From assembly GCA_033286805.1 (NCBI GenBank), contig GCA_033286805.1_4727.1: a stretch of 64,000 bases of DNA; one strand, written 5' to 3'. This document shows positions 19,901-32,104 of the stretch, in pieces. The notes under the pieces are model-generated. The model saw only the letters and a program-made list of their open reading frames with translations, did not search any database and was not told the DNA's origin. How positions within the stretch are numbered: the stretch's first letter is position 1; every line of letters begins with the position of its first letter. The DNA comes from a phage. Position numbers and translations under genes: made by a program.

Positions 19901-20098
19901 TTATTTGTGTTTTCCTACATTCCTCAACAAGGTAACGATAACGAATACCGCTATCATCAAGAAGACGAACCATAACCCTACGTTAATTCGGGCAGCAGGT
20001 TCATCGACCATGAAGAACATCATCCCACAAAACCCAATGACCATCCATGCTAGAACCATCCCCGTTAATCCCCGTAGTAGCATATGTCCCATCATGAA
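19901..20098 (-). CDS. hypothetical small membrane protein
   Basis: ORF 19901..20134; start probably at internal MMGHM. Hydrophobic (LAWMVIGFCGMMFFMV; LWFVFLMIAVFVIVTLL). Confidence 0.35.
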   Translation of the reverse strand, partial: FMMGHMLLRGLTGMVLAWMVIGFCGMMFFMVDEPAARINVGLWFVFLMIAVFVIVTLLRNVGKHK

Positions 20099-20268
20099 CT
20101 CCTTCTTACTTTTTCTGATAAAGCGATGATTCAAATTTTAGAAACACCGCTAACGCGAATGCGAGTAATAACGCACGTACCCACATACCTCCTTGACAAC
20201 TGTTGTACAACATAAAGACCAGAGCAATGCCGCCCATATGTAGGCGGCACTTATCGAACAATGTTGGT

Positions 20269-20496
20269 TTATACATAAGAGATTAAACGTTGAATGATTT
20301 TTACTTTGCCTTTACCTGGACCTTTCTTGCGGCGATTCAACAGTCGGATACTGTTTCCAGTTACGGTGTCGCCATCATAATCAGCCCGGAACTGTGATAA
20401 AAAAGCAGGCTGTATCGGATCGACACCAGGATTGCTGTGGAAAGGATTGAGACTTAAAAGAGGGTTAGCTGGAATCATCGTATTGTCCTTACTCAA
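20269..20496 (-). CDS. small protein with KKGPGKGK basic motif
   Basis: 75-aa ORF; C-terminal RRKKGPGKGKVK matches the motif seen in three tandem small ORFs at 37615-38182. Confidence 0.35.
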   Translation of the reverse strand: MSKDNTMIPANPLLSLNPFHSNPGVDPIQPAFLSQFRADYDGDTVTGNSIRLLNRRKKGPGKGKVKIIQRLISYV

Positions 20497-20847
20497 TTAT
20501 TTACCCAGATAGAGATATTCACCGCCCTGAACAACACCGGTTGCAGGATCAACAAGTATACGAACCCGCGCGTAGGTCTTGAAAGAGGGGTTGAAAACTT
20601 CGAAGTCTGCCACTTTCAATTTCACGCTGGGGTTGGTAGGGTTCTTAACTCCGGGAAGTTCTTTCGGGGTACCGAAATCAACACCGCATTCTTCAAGGTC
20701 TGCTGGCGTCATGCTCTCCATGGCCATGTAGATTGCTTTCGCTTTATCGTAAACTTCTGGGCTATCCAGCAATCCAGCCTGCGCTGAACCGACAACACTA
20801 CCGAACAGAATAGCAACAGCAACAAACAATTTAGTTAACGTTTTCAT
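20497..20847 (-). CDS. hypothetical secreted protein
   Basis: Signal peptide MKTLTKLFVAVAILFGSVVGSAQA; 116 aa. Confidence 0.5.
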   Translation of the reverse strand: MKTLTKLFVAVAILFGSVVGSAQAGLLDSPEVYDKAKAIYMAMESMTPADLEECGVDFGTPKELPGVKNPTNPSVKLKVADFEVFNPSFKTYARVRILVDPATGVVQGGEYLYLGK

Positions 20848-20883
20848 GATATTTTCCTCGAAAGTAAAATGTTACAATACTTA

Positions 20884-21306
20884 TTAACGTACGGCCGCCA
20901 CACTGTTAGCGCATGCCTGAATATCATCGGTATTTACGATGATGGTTTCGTTAAACGCACGAATACGCGCACGACGTGCTTCTTTAAGGCTGGCGATTGC
21001 GCTAGCAGCTTGATCTGTATTCGCAAGGCTAATAACCGGGATCAAACGCATGTCAGGACTGCAGATATTCAATGCTTGGTATACACGTCCATTGATTCCT
21101 ACGGTATCAGACATCGGATAGTGCGCACGGCATTGAAATTGACCCATGACAACAAGCGAACGATCGGAGATACCAATCTGATAACGACCGTCTTCGCTGT
21201 AGGCGTAGCAGTTATTCCCACGAGCCATCCAGTTAGCCTGTGCTTGCGTGCTAACAAAAGCCAGGGTGGTGACGATAGCGAATACGATATTTTTGAACAG
21301 TTTCAT
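20884..21306 (-). CDS. hypothetical secreted protein
   Basis: Signal peptide MKLFKNIVFAIVTTLAFVSTQAQA; 140 aa with several Cys; ATG verified at 21304-21306. Confidence 0.5.
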   Translation of the reverse strand: MKLFKNIVFAIVTTLAFVSTQAQANWMARGNNCYAYSEDGRYQIGISDRSLVVMGQFQCRAHYPMSDTVGINGRVYQALNICSPDMRLIPVISLANTDQAASAIASLKEARRARIRAFNETIIVNTDDIQACANSVAAVR

Positions 21307-21341
21307 GATAAAGATCCTTATTGAAATAAAATCGGTATAAA

Positions 21342-21361
21342 GGCCCCCATTTAGGGGGACC
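21342..21361 (-). terminator. stem-loop terminator
   Basis: CCCCC / GGGGG stem followed on the minus strand by UUUAUACCGAUUUUAUUU. Confidence 0.5.
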
Positions 21362-21364
21362 TGA

Positions 21365-21682
21365 TTAGTTTGCGCGTAAGAAATGACCCAGAACCGTTAC
21401 GATTGGAAACAGCCCTGTAACAGTATCATCGCCCGAAAACATCATCATTGTTCCGTTAACGGTGATGAAACGGATGTCGGTTGCGGACCCATCGATAGCG
21501 ACAAAACGCATCGAGTTCGGTGGAAGGTCCTCAACCACTTCCACGAGATACTCGCGATTATCAAAGGCTTCTTTAACACGACGCATGAAACGAATCAGTG
21601 TTCCTTCCGCGTCGGCTTCCAAATGACCTAAGATATCGCGATTATTACGAATAGCAAATACAGCCATTTTAAACATACACAT
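21365..21682 (-). CDS. hypothetical protein
   Basis: 105-aa ORF. Confidence 0.45.
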   Translation of the reverse strand: MCMFKMAVFAIRNNRDILGHLEADAEGTLIRFMRRVKEAFDNREYLVEVVEDLPPNSMRFVAIDGSATDIRFITVNGTMMMFSGDDTVTGLFPIVTVLGHFLRAN

Positions 21683-21747
21683 CTTGACATCCTTTTATAT
21701 TGGATTGATTGCTAATAATTCAAGGTGAAGCTGATTACTGTATTGCT

Positions 21748-21772
21748 TCACCTAGGTAATATAGCCGTGAAA
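21748..21772. promoter_or_regulatory. conserved 25-bp intergenic motif, copy 1
   Basis: CACCTAGGTAATATAGCCGTGAAA, near-identical to the motif at 49690-49714; 66-90 nt upstream of minus gene start 21682; adjacent to hairpin GGTGAAGC..GCTTCACC. Confidence 0.3.
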
Positions 21773-21790
21773 ATTAATGTATTAACCTAT

Positions 21791-22747
21791 TCACGCTTTT
21801 GCTGAGTAGGGTTGGATCTCATTAATTCGTTTAACCACAACCTCAGGGAAAAGTTTGAGTATCTCATCAGGTGGTATCGCACCTTCTGTCCAACGATAAC
21901 GTTCAACCATCTCGATGCGTGGACTCCCTCCGACGTCAGCGATACGAAAGATGCAGGCGATGCCTAAATCGAAGCATACGCTGTAAATATCTTCCGTACC
22001 TCCTTTATCTGCAAGTATTTTCGCAAAATGCTCGTTATCAGGAAGAATGGCTAAATTACGGATACACCAAACATTATTCCCCATTTCTTCAAGTTTTGGG
22101 TAGGTTAAAGTGTGCCCGTATTGTGTTAACCATCGATGATTTTCGAGGTAGAAGTCCTTATCTCCGGGTCGATAACTCCGTAACACCGCCGTGTAGAAGA
22201 GATTGGGCATATCGAGCAGTTCTTGAATCGTTGGACCCGTATGCTCCCAGAGACAGATTTGTTTACGGTCTATATCGTAATCTGTGACGTTACTCACCTC
22301 CCAACTTATCGTAAGTTCATCGGCAACATGCCAACCTAAAGCCTGTTCACCACCAAGCAGATTAACAATGGCTGTTATTTCATACTTGTCAAATACGCCT
22401 AAATTACGCGGCGGCTGCATCGTACGTAATGGCTCCCACAGCACACTGTAATCATAGAGCAAATGGCGACATAAACTTTTTGTTAGAGGTGTCTGTTCAG
22501 TGAACAGTGGAAGAATCACCGTATCCAATAACGGGCGTAACGGATGACCATTCGGTGGTAACGGGGCAGCCAGCCGACCTCCTTCTTTGGGGTAATCGAA
22601 ACCAAACCCGTAACGCTCCGAAATGAGTGCAATCAGCACTTTTGCTACGCGGTTACGTAGCATGCGATGGATGTCATCACTGTAACTGAATTTCGGTTTA
22701 TTACCGCAAACGAAGGTGAAGTATCTGGGCGTTAGCGCAGCCATCAT
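21791..22747 (-). CDS. hypothetical protein
   Basis: 318-aa ORF. Confidence 0.5.
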   Translation of the reverse strand: MMAALTPRYFTFVCGNKPKFSYSDDIHRMLRNRVAKVLIALISERYGFGFDYPKEGGRLAAPLPPNGHPLRPLLDTVILPLFTEQTPLTKSLCRHLLYDYSVLWEPLRTMQPPRNLGVFDKYEITAIVNLLGGEQALGWHVADELTISWEVSNVTDYDIDRKQICLWEHTGPTIQELLDMPNLFYTAVLRSYRPGDKDFYLENHRWLTQYGHTLTYPKLEEMGNNVWCIRNLAILPDNEHFAKILADKGGTEDIYSVCFDLGIACIFRIADVGGSPRIEMVERYRWTEGAIPPDEILKLFPEVVVKRINEIQPYSAKA

Positions 22748-22754
22748 CTTTCCC

Positions 22755-23201
22755 TCAATCTAAATAGTACGTGATGGATAGGTCTTTTCCATCGAATACG
22801 ATATCCGTGCAATCGTGGATCGTCGGTAATACCATTTTTGCTGCTATTGGGACGTATGCCTGCAGTTCCATGAAGTTATTCATGCGGAACGCACGACGTA
22901 CCATCAGCGGTGTTAGTGTAAACGTTACGCTGACGTTACCGCTTGGGAGCAGGTGCATTATCGCATGCCCGTGATCGCACCAGCAATGGTTTTCGATCCA
23001 TCCGGTGTAAATCAGAATATCTTTATCTTCGTCGTAATAAGCAATGCCGGTCTGCTTTAAGTGGCTGGTAAATCGAGAGGCTTGCTCGTAGCCTGCACGC
23101 AACATTCGAGCAACCAGTCGAGTATTGTTGGCGATTCGATTCTGTTCGTTGGTTTTTGTGGTTTTGAAAATTTCGATACGTTCTGCTTTTGTAATTTGCA
23201 T
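22755..23201 (-). CDS. hypothetical protein
   Basis: 148-aa ORF. Confidence 0.5.
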   Translation of the reverse strand: MQITKAERIEIFKTTKTNEQNRIANNTRLVARMLRAGYEQASRFTSHLKQTGIAYYDEDKDILIYTGWIENHCWCDHGHAIMHLLPSGNVSVTFTLTPLMVRRAFRMNNFMELQAYVPIAAKMVLPTIHDCTDIVFDGKDLSITYYLD

Positions 23202-23283
23202 GATTACTGTCCTTTTGAAATATGTTTAGATAAGGAGGATTTACCGGGTATTAAAAAGTTATTTGGTATGTAATGTTTTTTTT

Positions 23284-23883
23284 TTACTTAGGTTCCAGTA
23301 TTGGTCCGAACAACCAGAATGTCAGACGCTGGTAAACCTGTTCGATGACTGCGGCTTCTGTTTGCTCTTCTAGCGCTTTCCCTTTCTTATGTTGTATTTC
23401 TGGCGGGATGTCGCCGTTGTAAACATACCCTGCTGAGAAGTCCCACGCCAGCCGTTTACCGAAAGTAGGTAAGAACACCTCTTCGAATCGGAACGCTTTC
23501 GAATTCCAATGAAGCAGCTGATCGGATTCAACATGTAAAGCTTTATTACGTTTGCTTGGCATGTTTCCGAAGTACTGAACGATAGCTGATTTCATAACCC
23601 GATCTGCGAAGTCTTTGGCTTCGACCTCATCGAGGGGAGGCAGACGATGCGATAGATTCAGCTTGCGTTGTTCAACATCTATCTTACGCATCGCTTTAAT
23701 CAAATCACCAGGAACGATTTTACCCTTATGGCCTTCCTGTCGGTGTATGAAACACCCCTGGAATAGCACGCAAAGTTCTTGAGGTGCTGTACTTTCCATT
23801 CGTCCGTAAGCAACGATCACCGAACGACGACGATCAATAACTTCGCGGATAAACCGCGGCTCAGTAATACTCACCACTGTCAT
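23284..23883 (-). CDS. hypothetical protein
   Basis: 199-aa ORF. Confidence 0.5.
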   Translation of the reverse strand: MTVVSITEPRFIREVIDRRRSVIVAYGRMESTAPQELCVLFQGCFIHRQEGHKGKIVPGDLIKAMRKIDVEQRKLNLSHRLPPLDEVEAKDFADRVMKSAIVQYFGNMPSKRNKALHVESDQLLHWNSKAFRFEEVFLPTFGKRLAWDFSAGYVYNGDIPPEIQHKKGKALEEQTEAAVIEQVYQRLTFWLFGPILEPK

Positions 23884-23927
23884 TTAAAGCCCTCTTTATC
23901 TTTTTCCATTTCTCTTTACATAACCAC

Positions 23928-24653
23928 TTAAGACGTTGCCATCTTATCTTCCAGAGACTTCTTCGGTAAACCATGGATAACTCCTTCCGGGGTTAAGAAC
24001 ACACAGTCTGGATTCTGCGTTCGCGAACGGTCTTCTGGGCTGTTCAACGAGAACAGCAACGCAGAAATACCTTTTGTCCGATTTAACGTTGCGACGATCA
24101 CATCAAGCTGCCGTAGCGCATCCGATACCGTTCGATGAGGAACGATTCGCGACTGTTTGAAGCTGGCTAACCGCCAAGTCTCGAACAAACAACGCAGTTT
24201 AAACACGTCGGACGGAATAGCTGTAGATCCCTGTTCGATAACCTCAACCCGATCAGCTTCAGGATAACCTACAGCAACCGCACTAAAGTGTCTTACCCCA
24301 TTATGAAAATCATTGATAGACGCTTCGGCGTATTTACATACCGTACCAGAAACGACCATCACTTTTGCTAAACCGCGATAATTGATCGTTAACGGAATAC
24401 GAAATACACGTAAAGCATGTTCCGGATTTAATGAGACGTCATTCACTTTCGCAGATACCAGCGCACCTCGTTCATATCGAGCTTTGAACGGCAGCCCATT
24501 ATAAACGGGGTTGATTACAACGCCCCCTGGGGAGGCGTTAGCGTTAAGATGAGTGTTAAGCCAATCGGATACTTCCTGCCTGCTGGTTACGATTAACATA
24601 AAACGGTCCTCCATTTCTTTTCCTTCATTCATGGCGCATATCTTCCAAATCAT
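23928..24653 (-). CDS. hypothetical protein
   Basis: 241-aa ORF; 29-bp overlap with the upstream gene. Confidence 0.5.
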   Translation of the reverse strand: MIWKICAMNEGKEMEDRFMLIVTSRQEVSDWLNTHLNANASPGGVVINPVYNGLPFKARYERGALVSAKVNDVSLNPEHALRVFRIPLTINYRGLAKVMVVSGTVCKYAEASINDFHNGVRHFSAVAVGYPEADRVEVIEQGSTAIPSDVFKLRCLFETWRLASFKQSRIVPHRTVSDALRQLDVIVATLNRTKGISALLFSLNSPEDRSRTQNPDCVFLTPEGVIHGLPKKSLEDKMATS

Positions 24654-25275
24654 CCTTTTGTTTTGTAAATTCTGATTGCTTGCGATAAACCTCCCATGAG
24701 TCGTATATACCGTAAAAGTTCAAATGGCGTGCATTTAAGTTCACAGTAAATTCTTCCACAGAGGCAAAATCCGAACGAAGCATCGAATGGAAGGTGTCAT
24801 CTCCAGTGCAGCCTCCGTATCCTTCACCCTGATAGACCAAAAGCTGGTGAGGTTGGATACGTGCGGCAACCAATGCAGCTTGTGGTTCGTCGTAAGGTGG
24901 CCATGACAGTAGAATAACGTCGTACTGTGAAAGATCGATGTTTGTGTAGTCGGCTTGCTGAATGTCCTCGATAAACGGGTGGGGATGTAATTCCGTATCG
25001 TAAGCGGTAATGTCCTCAACACCAAGTTTACGCAACACATAGGTCAGGTAACCTGTCCCACAACCCAGGTCAGCAACACGTCGCCCGTAACAGATGTTCG
25101 CTAACTGGAGTGCGGTATCCATGGTTAACAACGACCATCCAACGTGCTGGGTATATTCTTCACGGACAATCCATTGTTGATGGTGCGTCATCGGTTCTAA
25201 GATAGCAGCAAGCTGCTGGTACGGCAACGGCATTTTGGTTTCGCCTTGCGTGAGTAATGCGATAACATCGTTCAT
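24625..25275 (-). CDS. SAM-dependent methyltransferase-like protein
   Basis: Motif I VADLGCGTGY and SWPPY (D/N/S-PP-Y/F-like amino-methyltransferase motif). Start set at MNDVIALL (ATG 25273-25275) because the longer ORF runs into the upstream hairpin; an in-frame ATG inside TTATG at ~25296 is an alternative. Confidence 0.5.
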   Translation of the reverse strand: MNDVIALLTQGETKMPLPYQQLAAILEPMTHHQQWIVREEYTQHVGWSLLTMDTALQLANICYGRRVADLGCGTGYLTYVLRKLGVEDITAYDTELHPHPFIEDIQQADYTNIDLSQYDVILLSWPPYDEPQAALVAARIQPHQLLVYQGEGYGGCTGDDTFHSMLRSDFASVEEFTVNLNARHLNFYGIYDSWEVYRKQSEFTKQKDDLEDMRHE

Positions 25276-25298
25276 TTTGTTTCCTTTTATCGGCATAA

Positions 25299-25319
25299 GC
25301 CCTCCCATGTCGGGAGGGT
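25299..25319 (-). terminator. stem-loop
   Basis: GCCCTCCC / GGGAGGGT stem with TTATGCC following on the minus strand; between genes 25324..25752 and 24625..25275. Confidence 0.45.
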
Positions 25320-25323
25320 ACGA

Positions 25324-25752
25324 TTATTCATTTTCAATAACTTTAAGATTCGGTGTACCGAGCGTTTTCTTCACCAACGCCTCAGCGACGCGTTTCTCGA
25401 TGAAATCGGTCGCATTGCTTCCGTCTATCGTACGCATATCACCACGGAAATTGTTGAAGACCATAAACAAGTCACAACCGTCGATAGGTATCGCAAGATC
25501 ATAACTGACTTGTGATGCGGTGAAATGGACACCCACGACAACGGCGGGAACGAATTTAACCGCTGTGTTATCTCCTTCTTCTCCGGTTCCGAACGGAAGC
25601 TCAACACGATCACCGATAGAGAACTGTGAGACATCATTAATCGCGTGAGTTAGTGCGATTCGTTGCATGTCGGCGATCTTTTCCTTATTCGCGTCGCAAG
25701 GTAGGTCCAAGACTTCTTCCAACGTGAAGAATTTACGATCGAACCAGCTCAT
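25324..25752 (-). CDS. hypothetical protein
   Basis: 142-aa ORF. Confidence 0.45.
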   Translation of the reverse strand: MSWFDRKFFTLEEVLDLPCDANKEKIADMQRIALTHAINDVSQFSIGDRVELPFGTGEEGDNTAVKFVPAVVVGVHFTASQVSYDLAIPIDGCDLFMVFNNFRGDMRTIDGSNATDFIEKRVAEALVKKTLGTPNLKVIENE

Positions 25753-25753
25753 G

Positions 25754-26287
25754 TTAAGCTCCTTTGTGTTTTACGGACGATGTTAACCAGGACGATCTTA
25801 CCGTGAAACCCTCAGACTCGTAGAACGCCTGGGCTTCAGCGTTATCAGCACGAACATCCAGACCAATAGAATGCCCGCCGCATCGGTAAGCGATGTTGCG
25901 CGCTTCATTCATCAAGGCATGACCGATCCCACGTCCGCGATATTCGGGTTTTACAATAATCGATGTAACGTCATGAATGCCCATATGGCTCTCTGTATTC
26001 ACTTCCAAGAGGCCTACCGGTATCGAAGCGATAGCATCGATCATAACGACCAACATTGCAGTATCTGGTAAACGCTTTTCTAATTCTAAAGCATCGTACT
26101 CGCGTTTTAAATCGGGGATATTCTCAAACATAAACGTGGTAGCCCATGCCTCTGATTCTACATCGTCGAGAATACGGTACAGCTCACGAATCTGTCGTTT
26201 ATGTGGGTAAAGGTGTGGATCGGCAGCCGTTGAGGCGATAACGCAATAGAACTGTCGTTCATTAATAACTACTGTTTTGATGCTCAT
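25754..26287 (-). CDS. GNAT-family N-acetyltransferase
   Basis: Acetyl-CoA binding motif VKPEYRGRGIGHALMNEA and C-terminal AQAFYESEGF. Confidence 0.6.
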   Translation of the reverse strand: MSIKTVVINERQFYCVIASTAADPHLYPHKRQIRELYRILDDVESEAWATTFMFENIPDLKREYDALELEKRLPDTAMLVVMIDAIASIPVGLLEVNTESHMGIHDVTSIIVKPEYRGRGIGHALMNEARNIAYRCGGHSIGLDVRADNAEAQAFYESEGFTVRSSWLTSSVKHKGA

Positions 26288-26790
26288 GCTAAAATTCCCT
26301 CATTACCTAACAGTCGATTACGATGACGTCGGTACATTTGACAAAGTGTTGTGATTTGATAATGTTTGTTGTAACGTACCTCGATACGTTTTTGCACCTC
26401 TTTCCATGGAAGTTTATCGTATTGCCGATAACGATGGATTTCATTTAACATACGAAGACGAGTAGGATCGGTGTTCTTTATCGTCGTGAGCTTCACACGT
26501 TGATATCCACGCTGTAGTCCTGATTCGGAATACGTGACGTCAAACTCATCTTGAATGATGGTAATGATCTCCCGCCACCGACGGTTCTCGCCGTCACGTA
26601 AATGGACAACCCGCGATAAGATATCGTTCCGATTACGATGACTCAGTTTAATGTTAAGCATTGAAGCAATCGCGCTAATTGCTCTCTGACTCCGTCCTAA
26701 CGCTTCACCTATTTCTTTCGATGTCATGACGCCCGCGTTTCGGCGTATGAATGCGATTTCGGTTGTTGTGTATTCTTTACCTGCTGCCAT
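26284..26790 (-). CDS. Myb/SANT-like HTH protein, tandem paralog 1 of 6
   Basis: Modules YTTTEIAFIRRNAGVMTSKEIGEALGRSQRAISAI and WREIITIIQDEFDVTY shared with the five upstream ORFs; ATG verified at 26788-26790. Confidence 0.5.
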   Translation of the reverse strand: MAAGKEYTTTEIAFIRRNAGVMTSKEIGEALGRSQRAISAIASMLNIKLSHRNRNDILSRVVHLRDGENRRWREIITIIQDEFDVTYSESGLQRGYQRVKLTTIKNTDPTRLRMLNEIHRYRQYDKLPWKEVQKRIEVRYNKHYQITTLCQMYRRHRNRLLGNEGILA

Positions 26791-27254
26791 TTCTTACCAC
26801 GTGTGTTATAATAGTAACGCTGACAAAGATGTGTGTGACGGTACTCCCGTTTGAACTCGACGCTGATAATGCGAGCAACTTCTCTCCAGTTAACTCCTTC
26901 ATGCCGAAGTGCTGTAATACGGTCTGAAATTTTGCACCATTCATCTGGGTCGTATCGTCGTAGCTTGAGTCGTCGTATTACGGAGGCGACACTCGCTCTC
27001 GATCGGCCAAGATGATTTGACAGTTGTTTAACCGAGTATCTGTGGATATTGTCGCGAATATAGGAAATCTCGTTGTTCGTATATGCCTCATTGGTTCTCG
27101 ACGAAGGGAACAGCATATACAACTTATTCTTAATCGCGCTTTCTGTGCGTTGAAATACAATAGCCAGATCACTAACCGGTGGTCTGGGTATCTGATCCGC
27201 GTAACTCTCGAGGCGTGAGAGTTCCTCATCTGTCCAGCGACGGTATTTGCGCAT
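26724..27254 (-). CDS. Myb/SANT-like HTH protein, tandem paralog 2 of 6
   Basis: Start set at MRKYRRWTDEELSRL (ATG 27252-27254, preceded by AAAGGAG). Modules YTNNEISYIRDN..SVKQLSNHLGRS and WREVARIISVEF. Confidence 0.5.
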   Translation of the reverse strand: MRKYRRWTDEELSRLESYADQIPRPPVSDLAIVFQRTESAIKNKLYMLFPSSRTNEAYTNNEISYIRDNIHRYSVKQLSNHLGRSRASVASVIRRLKLRRYDPDEWCKISDRITALRHEGVNWREVARIISVEFKREYRHTHLCQRYYYNTRGKKWQQVKNTQQPKSHSYAETRAS

Positions 27255-27729
27255 AGGCAACTCCTTTGTTTTTCGTGTAGTAACACCAACGTTGATACAA
27301 CGCATGTTTATTCGTTGTAATCCCAAATTTAACAACAACGTCGTATGTGATAACATTCCAATTTTGGGTAACGTTAAGTCGTTCCGCGATAAACGCGATA
27401 ATCGCTTCCCGTTCTTGCTTGGTGAGCGCACGACGAATTCCATTAAGCCGTATAAACTGACGAACCGAGTCATACGAACGGTTTAAATCGTACGCAATCT
27501 CACGCAGCGATTTTTGTTTGATTACGGACTTGATGTACGCGCGTTCTTCTTCCGTATAAGGTCGATGCTTTTGGCGTTGACGTATTCCCAAACGTCCCAG
27601 ACGCGCGTCGATGCTGGCGCGTGTTCGTCCTGTCCGTTGTGCGATTTCATCAATCGTCATCGATGTGTTTAAGTACAGATGCGTGACGTCTTTCAGCTCG
27701 TCGTCACGCCATGGTTGAGATCGTCCCAT
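27226..27729 (-). CDS. Myb/SANT-like HTH protein, tandem paralog 3 of 6
   Basis: PWRDDELKDVTHLY; YTEEERAYIKSVIKQKSLREIAYDLNRS; WNVITYDVVVKF. ATG verified at 27727-27729. Confidence 0.5.
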   Translation of the reverse strand: MGRSQPWRDDELKDVTHLYLNTSMTIDEIAQRTGRTRASIDARLGRLGIRQRQKHRPYTEEERAYIKSVIKQKSLREIAYDLNRSYDSVRQFIRLNGIRRALTKQEREAIIAFIAERLNVTQNWNVITYDVVVKFGITTNKHALYQRWCYYTKNKGVAYAQIPSLDR

Positions 27730-28207
27730 CTTGTATCCCTCTTTTCTTTCTATGATGCCACCAACGCTGATAGACAGCCTGCTTCGTACGTGTTATACCG
27801 AAATGCGCATTAACCCGTTCAGCAATGTGGTGCCAATCCTGTGTTTCTTCCAACAATGTATCAACGAAGGCTACGAAGATCTTAGTATCAGCCTCGCTTA
27901 ACCGCTTGAAACCATGACGGTGTGCTATCGTTCTAATACTGTTTGGATCCCTGTTTAAATCGCGTGCGAGTTGTTTGTAACTTTTGTGTTTGCAGTGTGC
28001 TCTGATATATTCCAACTCATCGACACTGAAACGTTTATGCGGTTTACGACGTTCAACATTTAAGTATATCAACCTCGATTTAATTGCACCGTACGTTGTT
28101 TCCATGATTTCTGCGATTTCACGGATTTTTAATTTCGGGTGACGATAGTACAATTCCAGCAACTGTTCATCATCCTTACGATTCCATCGTCGTACTGGAG
28201 GTTTCAC
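27704..28207 (-). CDS. Myb/SANT-like HTH protein, tandem paralog 4 of 6
   Basis: RRWNRKDDEQLLELYY; FSVDELEYIRAH..SYKQLARDLNRD; WHHIAERVNAHF. First codon at 28207 appears to be GTG, so the start is uncertain. Confidence 0.45.
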   Translation of the reverse strand: MKPPVRRWNRKDDEQLLELYYRHPKLKIREIAEIMETTYGAIKSRLIYLNVERRKPHKRFSVDELEYIRAHCKHKSYKQLARDLNRDPNSIRTIAHRHGFKRLSEADTKIFVAFVDTLLEETQDWHHIAERVNAHFGITRTKQAVYQRWWHHRKKRGIQDGTISTMA

Positions 28208-28220
28208 AACGAGATTTCTC

Positions 28221-28688
28221 CTATTCTGCGCGTTTTAATGCTTGAGTGTAGTAGAGGCTATGAACACCGCTTAACGTGTAATGGGTGTTAAATTCGTTAT
28301 TGATGATATTCCGTATTCTCTCCCAGGTGTTATTCTCTTTTCTAAGGGTGTGTATTCGATAATAAATCATCTCTCGACGTTGCGCTTTGCATGCAACAAT
28401 ACCGTAACGGTAGCAGAGTTTAGCGATTGCATCCACGCTACGATTGAACATCACTGCGGCTTCTTTTACGCTATGCGTCTTAAGATAATCAGCTAACATC
28501 ACGCGTTCTTCGAAACAGCAATAGCGGTGACGCGACGTGAGTTTCCAACGCTTGCGATTACGGTTAATTCGACCTTGAACAGAGCCTTCTGTTCGGTCAA
28601 GCCGTGCCGCAATCTCTTGCATCGGGATACCGTTTCGGTACAGAGTAATCAATATCGCGTCTTCTTCGGGTGTCCAGTCCTTGACCAT
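28221..28688 (-). CDS. Myb/SANT-like HTH protein, tandem paralog 5 of 6
   Basis: DWTPEEDAILITLYRNG; CFEERVMLADYLKTHSVKEAAVMFNRS; WERIRNIINNEF. ATG verified at 28686-28688. Confidence 0.5.
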   Translation of the reverse strand: MVKDWTPEEDAILITLYRNGIPMQEIAARLDRTEGSVQGRINRNRKRWKLTSRHRYCCFEERVMLADYLKTHSVKEAAVMFNRSVDAIAKLCYRYGIVACKAQRREMIYYRIHTLRKENNTWERIRNIINNEFNTHYTLSGVHSLYYTQALKRAE

Positions 28689-28700
28689 AGTGCCACCCCA

Positions 28701-31391
<2,691 letters not shown>

Positions 31392-31471
31392 AAAATTGTC
31401 AAAATGTACATCAGCATAACGCCCGTGCCCGCCCGCGATGGGAGGGACACAGGCAATACGCTTTTATTTCA

Positions 31472-32104
31472 TCAAGACTTCACAACACATTCGACTTCGT
31501 CGTTCATATAAGCTTCGTATAACGACAGCACTTCCTTCATTTTAATTTCAGGTAGCGCGACGGAACGAATCGCTTTCAGGATATTCCGTGTTTGATGGTG
31601 TTTAACCTTCGCTTCACGTAGTTTACAGAATTGACGGATGCAGGTATTAACCTTACCCCCTTCCGCACGTTCGAGGGCGACATGCAGTTTCAGGTCCAGT
31701 AATACTTCCGTGAGTTCCTGGGTGGCAGGATCGTTACGAATAAGCCGTACTGTACGTTCATCCGGATTCAGCATCTCGAGATACTGAAGCTTGATATGTT
31801 CAGGTACGGGTTTCGTGTTCATCATGATGGCATCAAGCTGTTCCTTAACACCCAACTCATTGAACACGTAACGTTCGATGTTTACGACATGTGCTTTTCC
31901 TGACTCACCATAAACCGCCATCGCACGATAGTCATCAAACAGCACAGCATACAACAAATCCTGTTCCGGTCCGATGGTACCATCGATGAGCTTCGGCGCA
32001 TGCTTCTTTAAGAAGCCATAGCGAACAGCCTCATCCGGCATGAGCGTCCACGCATTAACGGGTTGCTTTACGAGTTCCATGTAACACCTCATCAAGATTA
32101 TCAC
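31472..32104 (-). CDS. hypothetical protein
   Basis: 210-aa ORF; start may be internal MELVKQ. Confidence 0.5.
   Translation of the reverse strand: MIILMRCYMELVKQPVNAWTLMPDEAVRYGFLKKHAPKLIDGTIGPEQDLLYAVLFDDYRAMAVYGESGKAHVVNIERYVFNELGVKEQLDAIMMNTKPVPEHIKLQYLEMLNPDERTVRLIRNDPATQELTEVLLDLKLHVALERAEGGKVNTCIRQFCKLREAKVKHHQTRNILKAIRSVALPEIKMKEVLSLYEAYMNDEVECVVKS

Noticed and set aside
21699-21730. TTGACA hexamer suggesting a sigma-70 -35 element
   Set aside because: No properly spaced -10 hexamer follows; the only TATATT is 6 nt away, far from the 16-18 nt spacing required.
24625-25308. Track start codons of several ORFs (24625..25308, 41180..41512, 38211..38537, 37839..38045, 49810..51939)
   Set aside because: The first codon of these is TTG or GTG inside a GC-rich hairpin; the ORF track appears to extend to any alternative start, so downstream ATGs with Shine-Dalgarno sequences were used.
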